A stretch of DNA of 60,680 nucleotides, filler included. It is 5 parts of 5 records of this genome, joined end to end, with 100 filler letters (N's around TTAATTAATTAA, not from the genome) between each part and the next. Parts side by side here need not be neighbours in the genome. Positions count along the whole stretch, not along the records: positions 42,338 to 52,095 come from SRR31156797_15575; positions 52,196 to 60,680 come from SRR31156797_15578; 3 more parts are not named here. One strand, given 5' to 3'. The notes under the pieces are model-generated. The model was not told where the DNA came from. It saw nothing but the letters and a program-made list of their open reading frames with translations, and ran no database searches. Position numbers and translations under genes: made by a program. Every line of letters starts with the position of its first letter. Positions within the stretch are counted from its first letter, which is position 1. Positions 50,876 to 60,680 of the stretch are shown here, one piece after another.

Positions 50876-50911
50876 ATCTGTCAACTTTTTAAGAAATACC
50901 ATCCATTTATT

Positions 50912-52095
50912 TTATTTTATAAAGCCTTTCAATCCCTCTTTTAACCAATCTGCAAATTCATCAGCGTCTGCATCATATCCATATCCATTAACCAGTTGGT
51001 TTTCATCGTGATCAAGAATAACATAATATGGTTGCGTATTTCTGTTATACCTTGAAATCTGAAAATCTGTCCATTTATTTCCAATCGTTCTAACTTTACG
51101 ACCAGTTGTTTCAGAAACATATTGTTCCTCTTTTGGTAACTTTGTTTTTAGGTCGACATACAACGATACAATTACAAAATCCTGTAAAAACATATTTTTC
51201 ACTTCCTGATCCACCCAAACATTGTCTTCCATTTTCCGGCAATTGGTACAACCTTTTCCGGTAAAATCAATTAATAAGGGTTTGCCACTTTCTTTCGCAT
51301 AGGCCATTGCCTTATCGTAATCATCAAACAACGGAATACCGTGCGGGCCTGTGTGCATCCCAAGCACTGATGTACCTGTTACATGCCCTGATGAAGCTAC
51401 ACCTGCCGGTTGCGTTCTACCAACTCCCAAAGGCGACTCAGCATAATCAACAGGTGGTGGGAAACCGCTAATCAGCTTAACCGGTGCCCCCCACAAACCG
51501 GGAATCATGTAAATTACAAAAGCAAATACCATGGTTCCTAAAATAAATCTCGAAACCGGTAAATGTGTCATCGGAGAATCGTGAGGAAGTTTAATTTTCC
51601 CCCATAAATAAAGCGCTAATCCTAAGAATACCGCAATCCAAATTGCAATGTATACTTCCCGTTCAAGAATATGAAGATCCAGAACCATATCGGCTATTGA
51701 CAGGAATTTAAAAGCAAAAGCAAATTCAAGGAATCCAAGCACCACCTTCACAGAATTCAACCAACCTCCAGATTTCGGCAATGAGTTCAGCCACCCGGGA
51801 AATGCAGCAAATAAGGCAAACGGAATGGCCAATGCCAACGAGAATCCCAACATTCCGATTACCGGCGCTAAACCACCACTTCTGGCAGCTTCAACGATAA
51901 GCGCTCCAACAATTGGACCGGTACATGAGAAAGAAACCAGAGCTAAAGCAAAAGCCATAAAAAAGATACCAAGAAGTCCTCCCTTATCTGCTTTTTTGTC
52001 GACAGCATTTACCCAGCTGCTTGGCAAAACAATTTCGAATGCCCCCATAAAAGAAAAGGCAAAAACAAAAAGTAATAAAGCAAAAAACAGGTTAA
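50912..52095 (-). CDS. dsbD: Protein-disulfide reductase DsbD, 5'-truncated
   Basis: SFSCTGP TM cysteine, LPKSGGW, thioredoxin domain DFTGKGCTNC; frame open to the contig edge. Confidence 0.93.
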
Positions 52096-52195
52096 NNNNN
52101 NNNNNNNNNNNNNNNNNNNNNNNNNNNNNNNNNNNNNNNTTAATTAATTAANNNNNNNNNNNNNNNNNNNNNNNNNNNNNNNNNNNNNNNNNNNN
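52096..52195. other. Artificial contig linker
   Basis: N44-TTAATTAATTAA-N44. Confidence 0.99.
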
Positions 52196-52197
52196 CA

Positions 52198-52352
52198 CCT
52201 TCTCCTAACTTAGGAGAAGGAAAAATATATATATGAATTTATTCATATTTTAATTTAGGAGAACGTCAAAAAAGTCCTCTCCTAAGTTAGGTGGCACCCG
52301 CATGAATTTTTGCTTTTTAAAATTCTGTTAGGGAGAGGATTTAGGTGAGGTC
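52198..52352. repeat. REP-like doublet (CTCCTAA.TTAGGAGA type); second unit interrupted by a short insert
   Basis: CCTTCTCCTAA-C-TTAGGAGAAGG at 52198-52220; AAGTCCTCTCCTAAGTTAGG-[insert]-GAGAGGATTTAGGTGAGGTC at 52272-52352. Confidence 0.7.
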
Positions 52353-52404
52353 TGTGAATTTAAAACCAAAATTAAACTAAACAAGCATTCGAAAGGAGAA
52401 ATAA

Positions 52405-53397
52405 ATGAGTACAAGTAATGTAGAAAAAGTTGAATTAAAAGAGAAAAAGAAATTTAAAATAAATCTGTCAAAACATGGAATATCTTTAGCGCTATTAGCT
52501 TTAATAGTTTTCTTTTCACTGACAAGTGAAGCATTCCTGACATCGATGAATATATTCAATATTCTTAGACAGGTATCAATTATCGGGATTTGTGCAGTAG
52601 GTATGACATTTGTAATTTTAACTGGTGGTATTGATATCTCAGTTGGTTCGGTTATTGGAGTTGCGGCAGTTACGGGAGCAGTACTTCTCAAGATGGGAGT
52701 TCATCCGATAATAGCAGTACTCGTAACACTTGCAGTAGGTACAGGTATAGGTTTGATAATTGGATTTATGATCAATGAGTTTGAGATATTCCCGATAATA
52801 TCAACCCTTGGTATGATGACGATACTTAGAGGTGTCGCTTATCTTATTACAAACGGACTTCCGGTATATGGTATCCCAAAACCATTCCTATTTATTGGTC
52901 AAGGTTATATTGGAATAATCCCGGTTCCGGTTATTATTATGGCCTTAGTATTTATAGTTGGTTATGTATTACTTAATAAAACTATATTTGGAAGAATTAC
53001 ATATGGAACAGGTGGAAATGAAGAGGCTTCAAGATTATCAGGAATCTCTGTTAAAAAATTACTTTATAAAATCTATGCATTAGAAGGTTTCTTAGCTGCA
53101 CTTGCCGGAGTAGTACTACTTGCCAGAGTAAACAGTGGTCAGCCGAAAGCCGGTACAGGTTATGAGATGGATATCATCACAGCAGTTGTACTAGGTGGAG
53201 TTAGTATCACAGGTGGAGAGGGAAAAATCAGTGGAGTAATTATCGGTGTGCTTATCATGGGAGTTTTAACAAATGGAATGATACTTCTAAATGTTAACGA
53301 ATATTGGCAATGGGTGGTTAAAGGTGCTGTATTACTTCTTGCAATTGGTTTTGACAAATATAATCAAAGAAAAGCGGCGAAAGTAAAGGCTGCATAA
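52405..53397 (+). CDS. Monosaccharide ABC transporter permease (RbsC/CUT2 family)
   Basis: GGIDISVGS, GGNEEASRLSGI, YEMDIITAVVLGG. Confidence 0.95.
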   Translation: MSTSNVEKVELKEKKKFKINLSKHGISLALLALIVFFSLTSEAFLTSMNIFNILRQVSIIGICAVGMTFVILTGGIDISVGSVIGVAAVTGAVLLKMGVHPIIAVLVTLAVGTGIGLIIGFMINEFEIFPIISTLGMMTILRGVAYLITNGLPVYGIPKPFLFIGQGYIGIIPVPVIIMALVFIVGYVLLNKTIFGRITYGTGGNEEASRLSGISVKKLLYKIYALEGFLAALAGVVLLARVNSGQPKAGTGYEMDIITAVVLGGVSITGGEGKISGVIIGVLIMGVLTNGMILLNVNEYWQWVVKGAVLLLAIGFDKYNQRKAAKVKAA

Positions 53398-53659
53398 AGA
53401 GGGATTTTCGAGAGTTCTAAAAAAATAAAAACTGTTTTACTTTATTTTTACATGATAGAAATACAATTGTAATGTACAGAAAATATATGAAATGAAATTT
53501 TAACAAACAAATAATTTTTTAACTTTGGATAAAACAAAAAAAGGCTTAAATTTAGAATAAAAAATCACCAAAATGCATTTATTGACTAGCTTACGTGGTA
53601 AACTAGATTATTAGGGGATTTTTTAGGAGAATTCTAAAGCCTAAAAACAGGAGGATTTT

Positions 53660-54613
53660 ATGAAAAGAAGAAGATTGTTAAGTTTAATGGTTTTATTAGT
53701 ATTCGTTATTACAGCAACTCAGTCATTTGCATTATTTGGTTTCGGTAAGAAAAAGAATAAGAAAAAAGGCTTAAAAATGGGTTACACTGTTATGGATTTA
53801 GCAAATCCTTATTTCGTATCATTGGTTGAAGGTGTAAAATCAGAAGCAAAAAAACAAGATATTAAAATAACAGTTCATGATGCAAAATCAGATGCTGCAG
53901 CACAGGTTTCAGCAGTTGAAAATTTTATAGTACAAGGTATGGATGCTATCATTATCAGTCCAATTGATTCAGTAGCATTAGAGGGTGTTGTAGAACAAGC
54001 TAAAGCAGCAGGAATAGCTGTAATCAACCCTAACCAAGAGATTAAAGGAAGAGATGCTTATATTTCACTGATTGACCATGATTATGGATTAGTTGGAGGA
54101 AAAATAGCAGGAGAATGGATCAAAAATGAATTAAAAACAGATGCAAAAGTTGCAGTACTTGGTTTTCCTGAGTTACCTCAACTAATAGATAGAGCACAAG
54201 GACTTATCGATGGAATACATGAATTTGCTCCAAATGCAGAGATTGTTTCACAACAATCAGCATTAACTCCGGAAGCTGGTATGAGAGCAGCAGAAACTAT
54301 CTTACAATCAAATCCTGATGTAAACGTAATAGTTGCAGTAAATGATGCCGGAGCTCTTGGAGCATACGAAGCAGTAATGGCAGCTGGAAAAGGAGATACT
54401 CCTTTCTGTATAGTTGGTCTTGATGCTACATCAGAAGCAATCAACAAAATCAAAGAGGGTGGAATCTACAAAGGAACAGTTGATATCGATCCATTTGGAA
54501 CAGGAGTATTAGTAATTGAAACTGCTAAAAAAGTTATCAAAGAGGGACCAATTGCTGAAATGGTTAAAATTGGAATGATTCCTGTAACTGGAAAAAATAT
54601 AGCAAAATACTAA
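53660..54613 (+). CDS. Monosaccharide ABC transporter substrate-binding protein (RbsB family)
   Basis: Signal peptide, LANPYF, DRAQG, NDAGALGA, VGLD. Confidence 0.93.
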   Translation: MKRRRLLSLMVLLVFVITATQSFALFGFGKKKNKKKGLKMGYTVMDLANPYFVSLVEGVKSEAKKQDIKITVHDAKSDAAAQVSAVENFIVQGMDAIIISPIDSVALEGVVEQAKAAGIAVINPNQEIKGRDAYISLIDHDYGLVGGKIAGEWIKNELKTDAKVAVLGFPELPQLIDRAQGLIDGIHEFAPNAEIVSQQSALTPEAGMRAAETILQSNPDVNVIVAVNDAGALGAYEAVMAAGKGDTPFCIVGLDATSEAINKIKEGGIYKGTVDIDPFGTGVLVIETAKKVIKEGPIAEMVKIGMIPVTGKNIAKY

Positions 54614-54764
54614 TAACTTAGCAGAGATATAAATAGAATAAAATTTGGTTAAATATAAAGTTACAAAGCAAGGTTTTGTGTTGGATGACTACCTCACACG
54701 AAAAGCAGCTATGTTTTTAAGCACCAAATATTTTATACTTCTTAGTATAGAACAGAAAGAATGT

Positions 54765-54801
54765 TTTCTACCCCCGATTCAATTTGAAGAGGGGGTAGAA
54801 A
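54765..54801 (+). terminator. Probable terminator after the sugar-binding protein gene
   Basis: TTTCTACCCCC-N15-GGGGGTAGAAA followed by T-rich sequence. Confidence 0.7.
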
Positions 54802-54938
54802 TATTCTTATTTTTTGTATGATAGTAAATTATAGATTTTTTTAGCTTTTAATAACTAGAAACTTTTCTTGTTTATTAAAGAATGGTATACTTTTATTAGT
54901 ATATACAGGTATTTATCATAAATAAATTTGGAGGAAAT

Positions 54939-55937
54939 ATGAAAAGCAGAATAGTATTATTGATATTTGTAATAGGAGTACTCAGCTCAATCTATTATTA
55001 CTATCCACGTAAAAAATATAATCTGAATCAGCAACATATGATTATTGCTGGTATTTTTCATAATGGATACCAAGTTTGGAATATGAACCTCCGAAAAGAA
55101 GCTGAAAAAAGAATATTTAACAATGGTGGTTATGAGTTTGATTATATCGATGTTAAACAATCAAATACTCTTTTTATGCAACGTTTGAATGAAGTGATAG
55201 AGAGAGAAGTTGATGGAGTGATTATATCAATTCCGGATCAATCCTTAAGTGAAATCGTTGTAAATAAATTAGAAACAGCCAATATTCCATTTGTTACAGT
55301 TGATACGATGTTGCTTAATAAAAAGGGAAAACTTATAGCACCATGGTTTGGTGTAGAGGGTTTTACAGTTGGTAAAGAAAATGCAAAATGGCTTGCGAAT
55401 TATGTTAATGAGAATAGTTTAATTGATGATAAAACAGGACTACTTATTTTAACAATTGATAAATTTTCTAATATACGAGAGAGAACAAAGGGACAGTATG
55501 AAACTTTTACTAAGTTAGTTCCTGAATTTTCAAAAGAGAAGATATTTTTTATGAATTATAATGGTGAAATGGAATATGGCTATTTTCGAGCTATGCAGGT
55601 TTTTATGGAGAATAAAGATGTTGATAAATGGTTAGTTATGGGTGGAAATGAAGAGGGTGTAATAGGAGCGGTAAAAGCTCTCGAAGAACTAGGTAAAGAC
55701 AAAGATGCAGTTGCAATTGGCATAGGAGGTTATCTGGCGAAAGAGGAGTTTAAGAAAAAAAGTTCTGCACTCAAAGCCTCGAGTTATTATTATGCAGAGG
55801 ATGTATCAGGACGAGCAACAGATTTTTTAATAAAAAAAATCTACTATGATGAGCGTATTCCTATGAGAATGTCAGCTTTTTCCAGAATAATAACAAAGGA
55901 AAATTTCATTAGAGTTATGGGTGAGTATTCTAATTAG
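54939..55937 (+). CDS. Membrane-anchored sugar-binding protein (AraF-like), probably sensory
   Basis: N-terminal TM, PDQSLS, IPFVTVD, GGNEEGVIGAV; immediately upstream of the kinase. Confidence 0.8.
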   Translation: MKSRIVLLIFVIGVLSSIYYYYPRKKYNLNQQHMIIAGIFHNGYQVWNMNLRKEAEKRIFNNGGYEFDYIDVKQSNTLFMQRLNEVIEREVDGVIISIPDQSLSEIVVNKLETANIPFVTVDTMLLNKKGKLIAPWFGVEGFTVGKENAKWLANYVNENSLIDDKTGLLILTIDKFSNIRERTKGQYETFTKLVPEFSKEKIFFMNYNGEMEYGYFRAMQVFMENKDVDKWLVMGGNEEGVIGAVKALEELGKDKDAVAIGIGGYLAKEEFKKKSSALKASSYYYAEDVSGRATDFLIKKIYYDERIPMRMSAFSRIITKENFIRVMGEYSN

Positions 55938-55982
55938 TTGTTTATAGAAATAACACTGACTTAAAAATGATTGAGGGGAATT

Positions 55983-58900
55983 ATGAGAAAATTACTATTT
56001 CTATTCTATATTACAATTTTTATAAATATTTTTTCATCCAGCCAACCTTTGATAAATAGAGGAAGACTTGATTTAAGCGGTTTTGGCTTTGAAGGAAAAG
56101 AGATAGCCTTAAGCGGTGAATGGGAATTTTACAAAGGTAAAATAATAACTCCAGGTTATTTTAGTGATGCAATACCTGACTATGTAATGATTCCTGGAAG
56201 TGTTGAGAATTTTAATACTATAGAGAATAGAGCTGTAGGAACATATAGAACCGTAATTGATTTTAGGCTTCGTGAGACCAATCGTTTATTTGGCGTTAGG
56301 TTATCTGATATTAGTAGTAATTTCAAGTTATGGATAGATGGAGAGTTAGCCATAGAGTATGGAAATATGAAACTTATTAATAATAATTACTATTTAGGAA
56401 TTCGTGATGAGATAGCTTTTTTTAAACCGTCAAAGAAACGAATAGAGATTGTTTTTAATATAAATAATCATCCTTCAATTGTAAATAATGGTTTTAATGA
56501 AAAAATTCTTATTGGTTATAAAGAAGAAGTTCTTAAGAATTATAACTCTGTAAAATATGGAATATTTTTACTCTCTGTTGGAATGGTGCTTATTAGTATT
56601 TATACTTTTGTACTTTACTCGGTAGCGAGATATCCTGAAAATATATCCTATTTTGCGATGTTTTCTATAATTATTGCAATAGATGTATTAGTTAATTCGA
56701 AGACACTAGCACTGCTTGATAACTATTTTCCGATTAGTTTTAGAGTTGAATTTTTATACAGGTTAGATGTTATCACAACTATGCTCGGAGCATTTCTGCT
56801 TATTAAATATTTTAGAGCATTCAAAGGAAGAATTACAAGTGATAAATATAATGTAGCCCTTGAAATATTTACCTCAGTACTTGCACTATGGGTTTTTCTT
56901 ATTCCAAATGAGTATATATTGATAAATGAACAAAAAATTAAGTTATTTGTTGTAATTTGTTACGTTGCATTTGGATTACCGATCATACATAAATCTCAAA
57001 AAGAGTTTGAAGGACTTGATAGATGGTCATTGAATATATTACTCATATTTGCAGCTATCGCTATATTGGTTGCTTATCATGAGGTTATATTTTTTGCTTA
57101 TATCCTCATTGAATCTATGATAATTATGTTTAGATACTCTAAATCTTTTCTTGAGAAGCAAAAAATAGCTGTTGAACTAAAAGAGATAAATGAAACTTTG
57201 GATGATAAAGTAAAGCGACGAACAATGCAGCTGGAAGAAAAAACGAAACAGCTTGAACAAGTTAACTCTGCAAAAACAAAATTTTTCTCAGTTATCAGTC
57301 ATGAGTTACGAACACCTCTTAACGGAATAATAGGTATGTCTCAATTGCTTTATCTGGAGAAATTACCATTGAATCTTAAGAGAAAAATTGATGTAATCAA
57401 TAATACTTCCAATCATTTACTAAAAATCATAAATGATATACTTGATGCTTCTAAACTTGAATTTAATAAGATGACACTTGAAAAATCAGCGTATGATTTA
57501 CGAGAAATGATATATAAATTATCTGATAGTTTCTCATATTTACTTAATGAAAAGGGACTTATATTAATTACAGAGATTGATGACGAAGTCCCGGCAATAA
57601 TAAACGGAGATTCAATGAGACTCAGACAGGTTTTACTTAATCTAATAGGGAATTCCGTTAAATTTACTGAAAACGGCTATGTGAAAGTTAGAGTAAAAAT
57701 GCAGGGTGATAAAATATATTTTGCTGTTGAGGATACCGGAATAGGGATATCAAAGGAGAGAGCAAAGGATATCTTTGATGATTATAATCAGGATAGATTA
57801 AGCGATGCCAGAAAATACGGCGGAACAGGGCTTGGATTATCTATTTCAAAACAGATAGTTGAGTTGATGGAGAGTGAGTTATTAGTTGATATAGAAAGAG
57901 AGTTTGGCAGCAAGTTCTTCTTTGAAATATCAGCAAAAGAAGTTATGAAGTTTGAAAGAGAAAAATTGGAAAATAAAACACTCATGATAATTCATAGTGA
58001 TTATACAGTAAACAGATATTTGATGAAATGGTCAGACAGCTGGAATATTTCCAGTATTCCTTTTTATAATTTAGATGAAGCTATGGAGATAGAACTGGAG
58101 GATTTTGAAGATGAGGATCTATATATTATTATTGAAGAGGAGATACTTGAATCAAAATTTGATAATTTTGTAGATTATATCTTATATTATCCAAATGTTC
58201 GTGATAACGTAATTATTATCTCCAAAAGTAATAAAAAAAGCATAGATTTTGAATCATATGGAATAACCAAACTTGTAGATAATCCTATTAATATGGAAAA
58301 ATTTTATAATATTATGAAATTTGGTAAAAGTTACTATGATGTACATATCGAGGAAACCAAAAAAACAGAAAAATTTAAAGGCAAAAAAGCTTTAATAGTT
58401 GAAGATAATGAAGTAAATATAGAAGTTCTAAAAGAGACTCTTGAAATTATGAAGTTTGAAGTTAGTTATGTAAAATCCGGTATGGATGCACTGATTACTA
58501 TCTTGAATACCAGTTATGATATTATATTTATGGATGTTGAGTTAGAGGATATTTCTGGTATAGAGGTAACTAAACTTATCAGATATGGCGAGAATAAGAA
58601 TATTAATACCAAAATAGTAGCTGTAACAGCCTATACTTCTGATGATTATCGAGAGGTGTGCATAAGTAGCGGAATGGATTATTATTTAGCTAAACCTATT
58701 GATAACAAAGAACTCTATAATCTCCTGAACAAAGTATTTGAGGAAATAGAGATAGATATATCTGAATTGCAAAAACTTAGTTCTGATGAAAGTATGAGAA
58801 AAGTTATGAACAATTTATTTCAGTTTTATCCAAAAAGCATATCGAAAATTTATACATATATTGCTGAAAAAGAGGAGAGTAAAGCTAAAAAAGAGCTTCA

Positions 58901-59069
58901 TAACCTGAAAGGTGCTGTATCAAATATAAGAGTTGATGAGCTTACTGATAGGATTCGAGAATTTGAGAGAGAGTATGATACACTTACAGAAGAGAAAAGA
59001 TTTAAACTTATAGAAGCTATAGAAACAGAATTGGAAAAAATAAGAGTATTTTATGAGAGAAAAGTTTGA
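55983..59069 (+). CDS. 7TM-DISM hybrid histidine kinase (kinase, REC, Hpt)
   Basis: LSGEWEFY extracellular domain, multiple TMs, ISHELRTP, GGTGLGL, REC (VED, FMDV), Hpt LHNLKG. Confidence 0.93.
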   Translation: MRKLLFLFYITIFINIFSSSQPLINRGRLDLSGFGFEGKEIALSGEWEFYKGKIITPGYFSDAIPDYVMIPGSVENFNTIENRAVGTYRTVIDFRLRETNRLFGVRLSDISSNFKLWIDGELAIEYGNMKLINNNYYLGIRDEIAFFKPSKKRIEIVFNINNHPSIVNNGFNEKILIGYKEEVLKNYNSVKYGIFLLSVGMVLISIYTFVLYSVARYPENISYFAMFSIIIAIDVLVNSKTLALLDNYFPISFRVEFLYRLDVITTMLGAFLLIKYFRAFKGRITSDKYNVALEIFTSVLALWVFLIPNEYILINEQKIKLFVVICYVAFGLPIIHKSQKEFEGLDRWSLNILLIFAAIAILVAYHEVIFFAYILIESMIIMFRYSKSFLEKQKIAVELKEINETLDDKVKRRTMQLEEKTKQLEQVNSAKTKFFSVISHELRTPLNGIIGMSQLLYLEKLPLNLKRKIDVINNTSNHLLKIINDILDASKLEFNKMTLEKSAYDLREMIYKLSDSFSYLLNEKGLILITEIDDEVPAIINGDSMRLRQVLLNLIGNSVKFTENGYVKVRVKMQGDKIYFAVEDTGIGISKERAKDIFDDYNQDRLSDARKYGGTGLGLSISKQIVELMESELLVDIEREFGSKFFFEISAKEVMKFEREKLENKTLMIIHSDYTVNRYLMKWSDSWNISSIPFYNLDEAMEIELEDFEDEDLYIIIEEEILESKFDNFVDYILYYPNVRDNVIIISKSNKKSIDFESYGITKLVDNPINMEKFYNIMKFGKSYYDVHIEETKKTEKFKGKKALIVEDNEVNIEVLKETLEIMKFEVSYVKSGMDALITILNTSYDIIFMDVELEDISGIEVTKLIRYGENKNINTKIVAVTAYTSDDYREVCISSGMDYYLAKPIDNKELYNLLNKVFEEIEIDISELQKLSSDESMRKVMNNLFQFYPKSISKIYTYIAEKEESKAKKELHNLKGAVSNIRVDELTDRIREFEREYDTLTEEKRFKLIEAIETELEKIRVFYERKV

Positions 59070-59097
59070 TTAGAGAATTAATTTGGGAGTAGAAATT

Positions 59098-59769
59098 ATG
59101 AAAATATTAATTATCGAAGATAACAGAGTGACTAGAGAGAGGTTGAAAGAAATTTTTACAAATGATAACTATGAAGTGTTTTCAGTATCAAATAGCTATA
59201 ATGCCCTGGAAGTAGCGAGAAGAGAGTATCCTGATCTGATTATTTTAGACCTTATGCTGGGAGATAGCAACGGTTTGGAAATATGTGACCACATTAGATC
59301 AAAGCAGCAGGTTTACGGAAACCCTCATATATTGATGCTTACAGGAAAAGATACTCATGAAGACTTAATAGTGGGATTCCAACATGGTGCTGATGATTAT
59401 TTAAAAAAACCTTTTGAAGAGGATGAACTGCTGTATAGAGTCAAATCAATTCTTAAAAGAAGAGAAGTTACAAACGGAAAAATCTATAAATATAAAGATA
59501 TAGTATTGAATGAAGATACCCTGACTGTAACAGAAAATGGTGTTGACTTGAAATTAGCCAGTAAAAATTTTTTGATACTAAAATTTTTAATTGAAAATAT
59601 TGGGATAGTGGTATCAAGAAAAAGGATATTTGAATATATTTGGCAGGAAAAATATTATGAATCAAACAGAATAATTGATATATATATCGGTAAATTAAAA
59701 AAGAATAGTCCGGTGTTAAAAGAAAATATCGAGACAGTAATTGGCTATGGTTATAAGCTCAAGAAGTAG
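59098..59769 (+). CDS. OmpR/PhoB-family response regulator
   Basis: IED, ILDLML, GADDYLKKPF, winged helix IETVIGYGYK. Confidence 0.95.
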   Translation: MKILIIEDNRVTRERLKEIFTNDNYEVFSVSNSYNALEVARREYPDLIILDLMLGDSNGLEICDHIRSKQQVYGNPHILMLTGKDTHEDLIVGFQHGADDYLKKPFEEDELLYRVKSILKRREVTNGKIYKYKDIVLNEDTLTVTENGVDLKLASKNFLILKFLIENIGIVVSRKRIFEYIWQEKYYESNRIIDIYIGKLKKNSPVLKENIETVIGYGYKLKK

Positions 59770-59971
59770 GAAAATAAAAAAATACCAAAATGACAAAAAT
59801 TTACAAAATTGAACAGTTTCTTTCTATAAAACCTTTTTTATTTATAGTATACTTTTACTAAGAAAATAAAGAGGTTAAGAAGATTTAGCAGTAAATATTT
59901 TAATGATAATTATTGGAAAATATTATGGCAAAATTTTCAAAAATCCGAATTAAAATTAGGAGGTTTCACAG

Positions 59972-60601
59972 ATGGAAGTTTTAACTCAATTATCTGAGGT
60001 ACTACAAAAAGGAAGAGCTGATGAAGTTCAAAGATTAACTCAGGAAGCATTAGATGCAGGTTTAGAAGTTGGAGATGTTCTAAATGGTTTATTAGATGGT
60101 ATGGCTGTTATTGGTGGTAAATTCAAAAGAAATGAAGTTTTTGTTCCTGAAGTTTTAATTGCTGCCAGAGCAATGAACTCAGGACTTGAAATATTAAAAC
60201 CTCTTCTTGCAGCATCAGGAGTAGAACCCGTTGGTAAGGTTGTTCTAGGAACTGTTAAAGGTGACCTGCATGATATCGGTAAAAATTTAGTTAGAATGAT
60301 GCTAATTGGAGCTGGACTTGAAGTATATGATATAGGTGTAGATGTATCGGCTGAAAAATTTGTTGAGAAAGTAAAAGAAACAGGAGCGGAGATAGTTTGT
60401 ATGTCAGCATTACTTACTACAACTATGCCATACATGCCTGTTGTAATAAAAGCACTAGAAGACGCTGGTATTAGAGATCAGGTTAAAGTAATGGTTGGTG
60501 GAGCACCGGTTACTGAAGAGTTCTGTACTCAAATCGGAGCAGATAAATATACTAAAGATGCAGCAGAGTGTGCAGACGTTGCAAAAGCTTTGGTAAGTTA
60601 G
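59972..60601 (+). CDS. Cobalamin-binding corrinoid protein (MtbC/MttC/MtaC-like)
   Basis: Cap domain FVPEVL.AARAM, DxHxxG (GDLHDIGKN), SALLTTT, MVGGAPV. Confidence 0.95.
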   Translation: MEVLTQLSEVLQKGRADEVQRLTQEALDAGLEVGDVLNGLLDGMAVIGGKFKRNEVFVPEVLIAARAMNSGLEILKPLLAASGVEPVGKVVLGTVKGDLHDIGKNLVRMMLIGAGLEVYDIGVDVSAEKFVEKVKETGAEIVCMSALLTTTMPYMPVVIKALEDAGIRDQVKVMVGGAPVTEEFCTQIGADKYTKDAAECADVAKALVS

Positions 60602-60623
60602 GATTAGCTAAAATTTAAATATT

Positions 60624-60655
60624 AAAGGGGAATCTAGTTTGATTTCCCTTTTTTT
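60624..60655 (+). terminator. Intrinsic terminator after the corrinoid gene
   Basis: AAAGGGGAATC-TAGTTT-GATTTCCCTTTTTTT. Confidence 0.8.
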
Positions 60656-60680
60656 AATCGTGATTGAGTTTAATTCTCCG

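Noticed and set aside
43225-60601. Link between GH67 (releases 4-O-methylglucuronate) and the corrinoid/sugar locus
   Set aside because: Separated by an artificial linker and apparently from different organisms.

Overview
This window is not one locus. It is five unrelated contigs joined by four artificial 100-bp linkers (N44-TTAATTAATTAA-N44 at 7412-7511, 35317-35416, 42238-42337, 52096-52195). Taxonomic labels below are inferences from gene style and composition. Contig A (1-7411, Bacteroidetes-like): AKR/AraC pair, GH28, photolyase. Contig B (7512-35316, anaerobe, Deferribacterales/Denitrovibrio-like): PFOR, an MCE/Mla-type operon whose ABC subunit looks catalytically dead, sigma54-driven glnB-glnA, a TetR/DUF3795 unit with a duplicated operator, an orphan lysozyme plus an unannotated 59-aa partner gene, rsgA with a candidate leader peptide, two binding-protein/sensor-kinase pairs, ald, tpx, an Acr3-like transporter lacking the usual Cys, and a partial tRNA-Leu. 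Contig C (35417-42237, low-GC): starch/maltodextrin cluster with a TrmB-family regulator. Contig D (42338-52095, Bacteroidetes-like): pncA, GH67, M16 peptidase, cysteine desulfidase-like protein, DsbD. Contig E (52196-60680, low-GC): sugar ABC genes, a second sugar-binding protein with a 7TM hybrid kinase and OmpR regulator, and a corrinoid protein. No CRISPR array, rRNA, transposase or integrase was seen. The best candidates for undescribed biology are the pseudo-ATPase MCE transporter, the sugar-sensing corrinoid locus (possible methyl-sugar demethylation), the rsgA uORF and the orphan lysis cassette.
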